Source of the DNA: Raillietiella orientalis
Lineage: Eukaryota
Assembly: GCA_036172245.1 (NCBI GenBank)
Contig: JAYWIR010000059.1
Location: forward strand, 682,001-742,840
DNA: 60,840 bases
Direction: 5' to 3'
A program made the position numbers and the translations under genes. Shown here piece after piece: positions 26,601 through 40,400 of the stretch (its first letter is position 1; each line of letters opens with the position of its first letter). The notes beneath the pieces are model-generated. The model saw only the letters and a list, made by a program, of their open reading frames with translations, was not told the origin of the DNA and ran no database searches.

Positions 26601-28483
26601 AAAGGGTATGTTTTCCTGCGATTTCATTTATTAAGGAATTCAAATTAACATCTTTTGCTGGTTTGTAATCAATTCGGAGTGAGGAGATTTCACCATTGCA
26701 CTTTTGCGCTTCTTCAAGAAGCATCCATTGGCAGCGCGAGGCAATCTACCGTCATGGATCACCGCACTACCTTGAGATTTCTTGGTTTCAGAGGTGGATT
26801 AAGAAGAGACCGGCATTTCATCAGGGTGTGACACTTTGCACTCCGTGTTGTTTTCATGGCAACCACTGTCGGAATTAGAAAGTGAATTATTTAATTCGAT
26901 CTGATTCATTTTATGGTACAAATAAACATCTCTTGCTGGTATGTAATCAATTCGAAGTACGGAGATTTCACCATTGCACTTTTGCGCATGTTCACGACGC
27001 ATAAATTGGCAGCGCGAGGCAATCTACCCTCATCGATCACCGCACTGCCTTGCGATATCCTGGATTCAGAGGTGGATTAAGAAAAGTCCAACATTTGCTT
27101 AGCGCTGGGCACTTTGTACTCTGTGTTGTTTTCTTGGCAACCACTTTCGGAATTAGAAAGGAAATTTTTTAATTCGATCTGATTAATTTTATGGTACAAG
27201 TAAACATCTTTTCCTGGTATGTAATCAATTCGGAGTGAGGAGATTTCACTATTGCACTTTTACGCTTCTTCACGAAGCATCCATTGGCAGGGTGAGGGAA
27301 TCTACCGTCATGGATTACCGCACTACTTTGCGATTTCCTGTGTTTACAGGTGGATTAAGAAGTGTGCGACGTTTCATTAGGGTGGGACACTTTGCACTCC
27401 GTGTAGTTTTCATGGCAACCACTGTCGGAATTAGAAAGTGAATTACTTAATTCGACCTGATTCATTTTGAGGTACAAAAATACATGTTCTGCTGCTTTGT
27501 AATCAATTCGAAGTGAGGAGATTTCACCATTGCATTTTTGCAGTTCTTCACGAAGCATCCATTTGCAGCGACACGCAAAGTACCGACCGGGATCAACGCA
27601 TAAACTTACAATTTCTTGGTTTCAGAGGATGATTAATAAGAGTGCCACATTTCATTAGGGATGGGCACTTTTCACTGTGTGTGGTTTTCATAACAACCAG
27701 TGTCGGAATGAGAAAGGGAATTTCTTTATTTGATCTGATTCAATGTATGGTACAAATACACATCTTCTAGTTTGTAATCATTTCCAAGTGAGCAGATTTC
27801 ACCAATGCACTTTTGTGCTTTGTCATGAAGCATCCATTGGCAGCACGAGGCAATATGCCCTCATCGATCACCGCACTGCCTTGCGATTTCCTGGATTCAG
27901 AGGTGGATTAAGAGAAGTCCAACATTTCCTTAGGGCCGAGCACTTTGTACTCTGTGTTGTTTTCATGGCAACCAGTGTCGGAATTAGAATGGAAATTTTT
28001 TAATTCGATCTGATTCATTATATAATACAAATAAACATCTTTTGCTGGTATGTAATCAATTCGGAGTGAGGAGATTTCACCATTGCACTTTTTCGCTTCT
28101 TCATAAAGCATCTATTGCCAGGGCGAGGCAATCTACCGTCATGGATCACCGCACTACCTTGCGATTTCCTGCGTTTAGAGGTGGATGAAGAACAGTCCGA
28201 CATTTCATTAGGGCGAGGCTCTTTGCACTCCGTGTTGTTTTCATGGCAACCACTGTCGGAATTAGAAAGTGAATTATTTAATTCGATCTGATTCATGGTG
28301 TGGTACAAATTTACATCTTTTGCTGGTTTGTAATCAATTCGAAGTGAGGAGATTTCACCATGCACTGTTGCGCTTCTTCACGAAGCATCCATTGGCAGCG
28401 CGAGGATATCTAGCGTCATGGATCACCGCACTACCTTGCGATTTCCTGGTTTCAGAGGTGCATTAAAAAAAGTCCGACATTTC
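23607..28483 (+). repeat. Satellite block 1 (forward polarity; diverged left edge grading into subfamily A)
   Basis: Monomers read GATTTCACCATTGCAC on +; block ends at ...AGTCCGACATTTC (28483). Confidence 0.95.
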
Positions 28484-31400
28484 GAGAAAATGAATTAGAT
28501 CGAATAAGAAAATTCCCTTACTCATTCCGGCCATGGTTGCCATGAATACAACACAGAGTACAAAGTGCCCGGCCCTAATGAAATCTCGTACTTTTTTCAA
28601 ACCACCTCTGAAACCAGGAAATCGCAAGGAAGTGCGGTGATCCATGACGGTAGATTGTCTCGCGCTGCCAATGGATTCTTCGTGAACAAGAGCAAAAGAG
28701 CAATGGTGAAATCTCCTCACTTCGAATTGATGACAAACCAACAAAAGATGTTTATTTGTACCATAAAATGAATCAGATCGAATAAAAAAATTCCCTTTCT
28801 AATTCCGAAACTGGTTGCCATGAAAACAACACGGTGTGCAAAGTGCCCCGCCCTAATGAAATGTCGGACTGTACTTAATCCACCTCTAAACACAGGAAAT
28901 CGCAAGGTAGTGCGGTGATCCATGATAGATTGCCTCGCCCTGCCAATGGATGCTTCGTGAGGAAGGGCAAAAGTGGAATGGTGAAATCTCCGTACTTCGA
29001 ATTGATTAGAAACCAGCAAAAGATGTAAATTTGGACCACACCATGAATCAGATCGAATAAAAAAATTCCCTTTCTCATTCGGAACATGGTTGCCATGAAT
29101 ACAACACAGAGTAAAAGGTGCCCCGCCCTAATAAAATGTCGGACTTTTCTTAATCCACCTCTGAAATAGAGAAATCGCAAGGTAGTGCGGTGATCCATGA
29201 CACTAGATTGCCTCGCGCTGCCAACGGATGCTACGCGAAAAAGCGCTACAGTGCATGGTCAAATCTCCTAACCTCGAATTCATTACAAACCAGCAAAAGA
29301 TGTAACTTTGAACCATACCGAAAATCAGATTGAATAAGAAAATTCCCTTTCTCATTCCGACAATGGTTGCCATGAATACAACACTTAGTAAAAGGTGCCC
29401 CACCCTAATGAAATGTAGGACTTTTTTTAATCAACCTCGGAAAAGAGCAAATCGCAAGGTAGAGCGGTGATCCATGACGGCAGATTGCCTCGCGCCGACA
29501 ACGAACACTTCGTGAAAAAGCGCAAAAGAGCAATGGTGAAATCTCACTTCGAATTCATTACATACCAGCAAGAGATGTCAATTTTCACCATAAAATGATT
29601 CAGATCGAATAAAAAAATTCCCTATCTAATTCCGAAACTGGTTGCCATGAAAACAACACGATGTGCAAAGTGTCACACCCTAATGAAATGTCGGTCTCTT
29701 CTTATTCCACCTCTGAATCCAGGAAATCGCAAGGTAGTGCGGTGATCCATGACGGCAGATTGCCTCGCCCTGCCAAAGGATGCTCCGTGAAGAAGCGCAA
29801 AAGTGCAATGGTGAAATCTCCGTACTTCGAATTGATTACTTACCAGCAAAAGATGTTTATTTCTACCATACCGTGAACCAGATCGAATAAGAAAATTCCC
29901 TTTCTTATTCCGACCCTGGTTGCCATGAATACAACACAGAGTACAAAGTGCCCGGCCCTAAGCAAATGTTGGACTTTTCTTAATCCAGCTCTGAATCCAG
30001 GAAATGGCAAAGTAGTCCGGAGATCCATTACGGTATATTGCCTCGGCCTGCCAATAGATGCTTCATGAAGGAGCGAAAAAGAGCAATGGTGAAATCTCCG
30101 TACTTCGAATTGATTACAAACCAGCAAAAGATGCAAATTTGTACCATAAAATGAATCAGATCGAATAAAATAATGTACTTTATAAATCCGAGAGCGGTTG
30201 CCATGAAAACAACTCGGAGTGCAAAGTGTCCGACCCTAATCAAATGTCGGACTTTTCTTGATCCACCTCTGAAACCAGGAAATCGCACGGTAATGCGGTG
30301 ATCCATGACGGTAGATTGCCTCGCCCTGCCAATAGATGCTTCATGAAGAAGCGAAAAAGTGGAATGGTTTAATCTCCTCACTCCGAATTGATTACAAACC
30401 AGCAAAAGATGTTTATTTGTACCATACCGTGAATCAGATCGAATAAGAAAATTCCCTTTCTTATTCCGACCTTAGTTGCCATGAATACAATACAGAGTAC
30501 AAAGCGCCCGGCCCTAAACAAATGTTGGACTTTTCTAAATCCACCTCTGAATCCAGGAAATCGCAAGGTAGTGCGGTGATCCATGACGGTAGATTGCCTC
30601 GCCCTGCCAATGGATGCTTCGTGAAGACGCGTAACAGTCCATAGTGAAATCTCCGTACTTCGTATTGATTACAAACCAGCAAAAGATGTAAATTTGTACC
30701 ATAAAATAAATCAGAGCGAATAAAAAAATTTCCCTTTCCCATTCCGACCGTGGTTGCCATGAATACAAAACAGAGTAAAAGGTGCCCCGCTCTAATGAAA
30801 TCTCGGACTTTCTGTAATCCACCTTTGAAAAGAGGAAATCGCAAGGTAGTCCGGTGATCCATTACGGTAGATTGCCTCGCGCCGCCAACGAATGCTTGGT
30901 GAAAAAGCGCAAAAGAGCAATGGTGAAATCTCCTCACTTCGAATTCATTACATACCAGCAAAAGATGTAAATTTGTACCATAAAATAAATCAGATCGAAT
31001 AAAAAAATTCCCTTTCCCATTCCGAGCCTGGTTGCCATGAATACAAAACAGAGTAAAAGGTGCCCCGCTCTAATGAAATCTCGGACTTTCTGTAATCCAC
31101 CTCTGAAAAGAGGAAATCGCAAGGTAGTGCGGTGATCCATGATGGTAGATTGCCTCGCGCTGGCAATGGATGCTTCGTGAAAAAGCGCAATAGTGCAATG
31201 GTGAAATCTCCTCACTTCGAATTGATTACAAACCACCAAAAGATGTAAATTTGTACGATAAAATGAATCACATCGAATAAGAAAATTCCCTTTCTAATTC
31301 AGAAACTGGTTGCCATGAAAACAACACGATGTGCAAAGTGTCACACCCTAATGAAATGTCGGTCTCTTCTTAATCCATCTCTGCAACTAGGAAATCGCAA

Positions 31401-34400
31401 GGTAGTGCGGTGATCCATGACGGTAGATTGCCTCGCCCTGCCGATGGATGCTTCGTGAAGAAGCTCAAAAGAGCAATCGTGGAATCCCCGTAGTTCGAAT
31501 TGATTACAAACCAGCAAAAGATGTAAATTTGTAGCATAAAATGAAGCAGATCGAATAAGAAAATTCCCTTTCTCATTCCGACCTTGGTTGCCATGAATAC
31601 AATACAGAGTAAAAGGTGCCCCACCCTAATGAAATGTTGGACTTTTTTTAATGCACCTCTGAAAAGAGGAAATCGCAATGTAGTGCGGTAATGCATGACG
31701 GTAGATTGCCTCGCGCTGCTAATGGATACTTCGTTAAGACGCGCAAAAGAGCAGTGGTGAAATCTCCTCACTTCGAATTGATTACAAACCAGCAAAAGAT
31801 GTAACTTTGAACCATACCGTGAATCAGATCGAATAAAAAAATCCCCTTTCTCATTCCGACTTCGGTTGCCATGAATACAACACATAGTAAAAGGTGCCCC
31901 GCCCTAATGAAATGTCGGACTTTTCTTAATCCACCTGTGAAACTAAAAAATCGCAAGGTAATGCGGTGATCCATGACGGTAGATTGCCTCGAGCTGCCAA
32001 TGGATACTTCGTGAAGAAGCGCAAAAGTGCAATGGTGAAATCTGCGTACTTCGAATTGATTAGAAACCACCAAAGATGTAAATTTGTACAATACCGTTAA
32101 TCAGATCGAATAAAAAAATTCCCTGTTTCATTGCGACCATGGTTGCCATGAATTCAACACAGAGTAAAAGGTGCCCCGCGCTAATGAAATGTCGGACTTT
32201 TCTTAATCCACATCTGAAACCAGGAACTCGCAAGGAAGTGCGGTGATCCACGACGGTAGATTGCCTCGCGCTGCCAATGGATGCGTCGTGAAAAAGGGCA
32301 AAAGTGCAATGGTGAAATCTCCGTACTTCGAATTGATTACAAACCAGCAAAAGATGTAAATTTGTACCATAAAATGAATCAGATCGAATAAAATAATGTA
32401 CTTTCTAATTCCGACATTGGTTGCCATGAAAACAACACGGAGTGCAAAGTGTCCCACCTTAATCAAATGTCGGACTTTTCTTATTCCACCTCTGAATCCA
32501 GGAAATCGCAAGCTAATGCGGTGATCCATGACGGTAGATTGCCTCGCCCTGGCAATAGATGCTTTATGAAGAAGCGAAAAAGTGCAATGGTGAAATCTCC
32601 TCACTCCGAATTGATTACTTAACAGGAAAAGATGTTTATTTGTACCATACCGTGAATCAGATCGAATAACAAAATTCCCTTTCTTATTCCGACCCTGGTT
32701 GCCATGAATACAACACAGAGTACAAAGTGCCCGGCCCTAGCAAATGTTGGACTTTTCTTAATCCACCTCTGAATCCAGGAAATCGCAAGGTAGTCCGGTG
32801 ATCCATGACGGTAGATTGCCTCGCCCTGCCAATGGATGCTTCGTGAAAAAGCGCAAGAGTTCAATGGAGAAATCTCCTCACATCGAATTGATTACTAAGC
32901 AACAAAAGATGTAAATTTGTACGATAAAAAGAATCAAAGGGAATTAAAAATTTCGATTTTTAATTCCGAAAGTGGTTGCCATGAAAACAACACAGAGTAC
33001 AAAGTGCCCGGCCCTAAGGAAATGTTGGAATTTTCTTAATCCAGCTCTAAACACAGGAAATTCCAAGGTAGTGCGGTGATCCATGACGGTAGATTGCCTC
33101 GCGTTGCCAATGGATGCTTCTTGAAGAAGCGTAAAAGTGCAATAGTGAAATCACCTCACTCCGTATTGATTACATACCAGCAAAAGATGTTTATTTGTAT
33201 CATGAAATGAATCAGATCGAATAAAAAAATTCCCTTTCTAAATTCGACAGTGGTTGCAATGAAATCAACACGGAGTGCAAAGTGTCACACCCTGTCGAAA
33301 TGCCAGTTTCTTCTTAATCCACCTCTGAAACCAAGAAATCGCAAGGTAGTCGGGTGATCCATGACGGTAGATTGCCTCGCGCTGCCAATGGATGCTTCGT
33401 GAAGAAGCGCAAAAGTATAATGGTGAAATCTCCTTATTTCATGTTGATTATACGCCAGCAAAAGATATAACTTTGTACCATACCGTAAATCAGATCGAAT
33501 TAAAAAATTCCCTTTCTAATTCCGAAAGTGGTTGCCATGAAAACAACACAGAGTACAAAGAGACCGGCCCTAAGGAAATGTTGGACTTTACTGAATCCAC
33601 CTCTGAATCCAGGAAATCGCAAGGCAGTCCGGTGATCGATGAGGGTAGGTTGCCTCGTGCTGCCAATGGATGCTTCATGAATAAGCACAAAAGTGCAATG
33701 GTGAAATCTCCTCACCTGGAACTGATTACAAACCAGCAGAAGATGTGTATTTGTACCATACATGGAATCAGATCAAATAAAGAAATTCCCTTTCTTATTC
33801 CGACAGTGGTTGTTATGAAAACCAGACACAGTGTAAAGTGCCCCTCCCTAATGAAATGTGGCACTCTTATTAATCATCCTCTGAAACCAAGAAATTGTAA
33901 GTTTATGCGTTGATCCGGGTCGGTAGTTTGCGTCTCGCTGCAAATGGATGCTTCGTGAAGAACTGCAATAATGCAATGGTGAAATCTCCTCACTTCGAAT
34001 TGAGTACAAAGCAGCAGAACATGTATATTTGTACCTCAAAATGAATCAGATCGAATGAATAATTTTTCTTTCTAATTCCGACCCTGGTTGCCATGAATAC
34101 AACACAGAGTAAAAGGTGCCCCGCCCTAATGAAATGTCGGGCTTTTTTTAATCCACCTCTGTAACCAGGAAATCGTAAGGTAGTGCGGTGATCCTTGACG
34201 GTAGATTACCTCGCCCTGCCAATGGATGCTTCGTGAAAAAGCGCAAAAGTGCAATTTTGAAATCTCCTCACATCGAATTGATTACAAACCAGCAAAAGAT
34301 GTAAATTTGTACGATAAAATGAATCAGATCCAATAAAAAAATTCCCTTTCGCATTCCGACCCTGTTTGCCATGAATACAACACAGAGTAAAAGGTGCCAC

Positions 34401-37400
34401 GCCCGTTAGCAGCGACGACCGGGACCGGTAGATTTCCACGCTGCCAACGGATGCTTCGTGAAGAAGCGCAAAAGTGCAATGGTGAAATCTCCGTACTACG
34501 AATTGATTACAAACCAGCAAAAGATGTAAATTTATACCATACCGTGAATCAGATCGAATTACATAATTCGCATTTCAATTCCGACAGTGGTTGCCATGAA
34601 AACAACACGGCGTGCAAAGTGACTCGCCCTAATGAAATGTCGGACTGTTCTTCATCGACCTCTAAACGAAGGGAATTGCAACGTAGTGTGGTGATCCATG
34701 CCGGTAGATTGCTTCGCACTGCCAACGGATGTTTCGTGAAAAAGCTCAAAAGTGCCAAGGTGAAATCTCCGTACTACGAATTGATTACAAAACAGCAAAA
34801 AATGTAAATTTATACCATACCGTGAATCAGATCGAATTAAAAAATTCACTTTTTTACTCCGACAGTGGTTGCCATCAAAACAACACGGAATGCAACGTGT
34901 CTTACCCTAATCAAATGTCGTACTTTTCTTAATCCAACTCTGAAACCAGGAAATCGCTAGGTGGTACGGCTTTCCATGACGGTAGATTGCCTCGCGCTGC
35001 CAACGGATGCTTCGTGAAGAAGCGCAAAAGTGCAATGGTGAAATCTCCTCACTTCGAATTGATTACAAACCAGCAAAAGATGTAAATTTGTACCACACCA
35101 TGAATCGGATCGAATTAAAAAATTCACTTTTTAACTCCGACAGTGGTTGCCATGAAAACAACACGGAGTACAAAGTGCACCGCTCTAATGAAATGTCGGA
35201 ATTTTCTTAATCCACCTCTGAAACCAGGAAATCGCATGATGGTGCGGTGATCCATGACAATAGATTGCCTCGCGCTGCCAACGGATGCTTCGTGAAAAAG
35301 TGCAAAAGTGCATGGTGAAATCTCCGTACTACGAATTGATTACAAACCAGCAAAAAATGTAAATTTATACCATACCGTGAATCAGATCGAATTACATAAT
35401 TCGCATTTCAATTCCGACAGTGGTTGCAATGAAAACAACACATCGTGCAAAGTGCCCCGCCCTAATGAAATGTCGGACTGTTCTTCATCCACCTCTAAAC
35501 GCAGGAAATCGCAAAGTAGTGTGGTGATCCGTGCCGGTAGATTTCCTCGCGATGGCAACGGATGCTTCGTGAAGAAGCGCAAAAGTGCAATGGTGAAATC
35601 TCCGTACTTCGAATTGATTACAACCCAGCAAAAGATGTAAATTTGTACCATCAAATGAATCACATCGAATTAAATAATTCACTTTCCAATTCCGATAGTG
35701 GTTGCCATGAAAGCAATACGGAGTGCACAGTGTCCCACCCTAATCAAATGTCGGACATTTCTTAATCCACCTCCGAAACAAGGAAATCGCATGATAATGC
35801 GATTATCTATGACGGTAGATTGCCTCGCGCTGCCAACGTATGTTTCGTGAAAAAGCGCAACAGTGCCATGGTGAAATCTCCTCACTTCGAATTGATTACA
35901 AACCAGCAAAAGATGTAAATTTGTACCACACCATGAATCAGATCGAATTAAATAATACACTTTCTAATTCCGACAGTGATTGCCATGAAAAAAATACGGA
36001 GTGGAAAGTGTCCCACCCTAATCAAATGTCGGACTTTTCTTAATCCACCTCTAAACGCAGGAAATCGCAAGGTAGTGTGGTGATCCTTGCCGGTAGATTT
36101 CCACGCGCTGCCAACGGATGCTTCGTGAAGAAGCGCAACAGTGCATGGTGAAATCTCCTCACTTCGAATTGATTACAAACCAGCAAAAGATGTAAATTTG
36201 TACCACACCATGAATCAGATCGAATTAAATAATTCACTTTCTAATTCCAACAGTGGTTGCCATGAAAACAACACGGAGTGCAAAGTGTCCCACCCTAATC
36301 AAATGTCGGACTTTTCTTAATCCACCTCTAAACGCAGGAAATCGCAAGGTAGTGTGGTGATCCTTGCCGGTAGATTTCCACGCGCTGCCAACGGATGCTT
36401 CGTGAAGAAGCGCAAAAGTGCAATGGTGGAATCTCCCTTCTACGAATTGATTACAAACCACCAAAAGATGTAAATTTATAGCATACCGTGAATCAGATCA
36501 AATTAAATAATTCACTTTTCAATTCCGAAAGTGGTTGCCATGACAATAACACGGAGTGCAAAGTGACTCGCCCTAATGAAATGTCGGACTGTTCTTCATC
36601 GACCTCTAAACGCAGGAAATCGCAAGGTAGTGTGGTGATCCATGCCGGTAGATTTCCACGCGCTGCCAACGGATGCTTCGTGAAGAAGCGCAAAAGTGCA
36701 ATGGTGAAATCTCCGTACTACGAATTGATTACAAACCAGCAAAAGATGTAAATTTATACCATACCGTGAATCAGATCGAATTAAAAAATTCACTTTTTAA
36801 CTCCGACAGTGGTTGCCATCAAAACAACACGGAGTGCAACGTGTCATACCCTAATCAAATGTCGGACTTTTCTTAATCCACCTCTGAAACCAGGAAATCG
36901 CATGATGGTGCGGTGATCCATGACGGTAGATTGCCTCGCGCTGCCAACGGATGCTTCGTGAAAAAGTGCAACAGTGCATGGTGAAATCTCCTCACTTCGA
37001 ATTGATTACAAACCAGCAAAAGATGTAAATTTGTACCACACCATGAATCAGATCGAATTAAATAATTCACTTTCTAATTCCGACAGTGGTTGCCAAGAAA
37101 AGAACACGGAGTGCAAAGTGTCCCACCCTAATCAAATGTCGGACTTTTCTTAATCCACCTCTAAACGCAGGAAATCGCAAGGTAGTGTGGTGATCCTTGC
37201 CGGTAGATTTCCACGCGCTGCCAGCGGATGCTTCGTGAAGAAGCGCAAAAGGCCAATGGTGGAATCTCCGAACTACGAATTGATTACAAACCACCAAAAG
37301 ATGTAAATTTATACCATATTGTGAATCTGATCGAATTAAATAATTCCCATTTCAATTCCGACAGTGTTGCCATGAAAACAACACATCGTGAAAAGTGCCC

Positions 37401-40400
37401 CGCCCTAATGAAATGTCGGACTGTTCTTCAGCCACCTCTAAACGCAGGAAATCGCAAAGTAGTGTGGTGATCCGTGCCGGTAGATTTCCACGCGCTGCCA
37501 ACGGATGCTTCGTGAAGAAGCGCAAAAGTGCAATGGTGAAATCTCCGTACTACGAATTGATTACAAACCAGCAAAAGATGTAAATTTATACCATACCTTG
37601 AATCGGATCGAATTAAAAAATTCACTTTTTAACTCCGACAGTGGTTGCCATGAAAACAACACGGAGTACAAAGTGCACCGCTCTAATGAAATGTCGGAAT
37701 TTTCTTAATCCACCTCTGAAACCAGGAAATCGCATGATGGTGCGGTGATCCATGACAATAGATTGCCTCGCGCTGCCAACGGATGCTTCGTGAAAAAGTG
37801 CAAAAGTGCATGGTGAAATCTCCGTACTACGAATTGATTACAAACCAGCAAAAAATGTAAATTTATACCATACCGTGAATTAGATCGAATTACATAATTC
37901 GCATTTCAATTCCGACAGTGGTTGCAATGAAAACAACACATCGTGCAAAGTGCCCCGCCCTAATGAAATGTCGGACTGTTCTTCATCCACCTCTAAACGC
38001 AGGAAATCGCAAAGTAGTGTGGTGATCCGTGCCGGTAGATTTCCTCGCGATGGCAACGGATGCTTCGTGAAGAAGCGCAAAAGTGCAATGGTGAAATCTC
38101 CGTACTTCGAATTGATTACAACCCAGCAAAAGATGTAAATTTGTACCATCAAATGAATCACATCGAATTAAATAATTCACTTTCCAATTCCGATAGAGGT
38201 TGCCATGAAAGCAATACGGAGTGCACAGTGTCCCACCCTAATCAAATGTCGGACTTTTCTTAATCCACCTCCGAAACAAGGAAATCGCATGATAATGCGA
38301 TTATCTATGACGGTAGATTGCCTCGCGCTGCCAACGTATGTTTCGTGAAAAAGCGCAACAGTGCCATGGTGAAATCTCCTCACTTCGAATTGATTACAAA
38401 CCAGTAAAAGATGTAAATTTGTACCACACCATGAATCAGATCGAATTAAATAATTCACTTTCCAATTCCGATAGTGGTTGCCATGAAAGCAATACGGAGT
38501 GCACAGTGTCCCACCCTAATCAAATGTCGGACATTTCTTAATCCACCTCCGAAACAAGGAAATCGCATGATAATGCGATTATCTATGACGGTAGATTGCC
38601 TCGCGCTGCCAACGTATGTTTCGTGAAAAAGCGCAACAGTGCCATGGTGAAATCTCCTCACTTCGAATTGATTACAAACCAGCAAAAGATGTAAATTTGT
38701 ACCACACCATGAATCAGATCGAATTAAATAATTCACTTTCTAATTCCGACAGTGATTGCCATGAAAAAAATGCGAAGTGCAAAGTGTCCCACTCTAATCA
38801 AATGTCGGACTTTTCTTAATCCACCTCTAAACGCAGGAAATCGCAAGGTAGTGTGGTGATCCATGCCGGTAGATTTCCACGCGCTGCCAACGGATGCTTC
38901 GTGAAAAAGCGCAAAAGTGCAATGGTGAAATCTCCGTAATTCGAATAGATTACAAACCAGCAAAAGGTGTAAATTTCTACCATAAAATGAATCAGATCGA
39001 ATTAAATAATCCACTTTCTAATTCCGATAGTGGTTGCCAGGAAGACAACACGCAGTGCAAAGTGTTCCGCCCTAATGAAATGTCGGACTTTTCTTAATCC
39101 ACCTCTGAAACCAGGAAATCGCATGATGGTGCGGTGATCCATGACGGTAGATTGCCTCGCGCTGCCAGCGGATGCTTCGTGAAGAAGCGCAAAAGGCCAA
39201 TGGTGGAATCTCCGAACTACGAATTGATTACAAACCACCAAAAGATGTAAATTTATACCATATTGTGAATCTGATCGAATTAAATAATTCCCATCTCAAT
39301 TCCGACAGTGGTTGCCATGAAAACAACACATCGTGAAAAGTGCCCAGCCCTAATGAAATGTCGGACTGTTCTTCATCCACCTCTAAACGCAGGAAATCGC
39401 AAAGTAGTGTGGTGATCCGTGCCGGTAGATTTCCACGCGCTGCCAACGGATGCTTCGTGAAGAAGCGCAAAAGTGCAATGGTGAAATCTCCGTACTACGA
39501 ATTGATTACAAACCAGCAAAAGATGTAAATTTATACCATACCGTCAATCAGATCGAATTACATAATTCGCATTTCAATTCCGACAGTGGTTGCCATGAAA
39601 ACAACACTTCGTGCAAAGTACCCCGCCCTAATGAAATGTCGGACTGTTCTTCACACAACACGGAGTGCACCGTGTCCCACCCTAATCAAATGTCGGACTT
39701 TTCTCAATCCACCTCTAAACGCAGGAAATCGCAAGGTAGTGTGGTGATCCATGCCGGTAGATTGCCTCGCCCTGCCAAAGGATGCTTCATGAAGATGCGC
39801 AATAGTGCAATGGTGGAATCTCCTCACTAAGAATTGATTACAAACCAGCAAAAGATGTAAATTTATACCATATCGTGAATCAGATGGAATTAAATAATTC
39901 ACTTTTCAATTTTGACAGTGGTTGCCATGAAAACAACGCGGAGTGCAAAGAGCCCCGCCCTAATGAAATGTCGGACTTTTCTTAATCCACCTCTGAAACC
40001 AGGAAATCGGAAGGATGTGCGGTTATCCATGACGGTAGATTGCCTCGCACTGCCAACGTATGTTTCGTGAAAAAGCGCAATAGTGCCATGGTGAAATCTC
40101 CGTACTTCGAATTGATTACAAACCAGCAAAAGATGTAAATTTATACCATACCTTGAATGAGATCGAATAAAAAAATTCACTTTTTAACTCCGACAGTGGT
40201 TGTCATCAAAACAACACGGACTGCAACGTGTCCCACCCTAATCAAATGTCGGACTTTCCTTAATCCACCTCTAAACGCAGGAAATCGCTAGGTAGTGTGG
40301 TGATCCATGCCGGTAGATTTCCACGCGCTGCCAACGGATGCTTCGTGAAGAAGCGCAAAAGTGCAATGGTGGAATCTCCGTACTACGAATTGATTACAAA

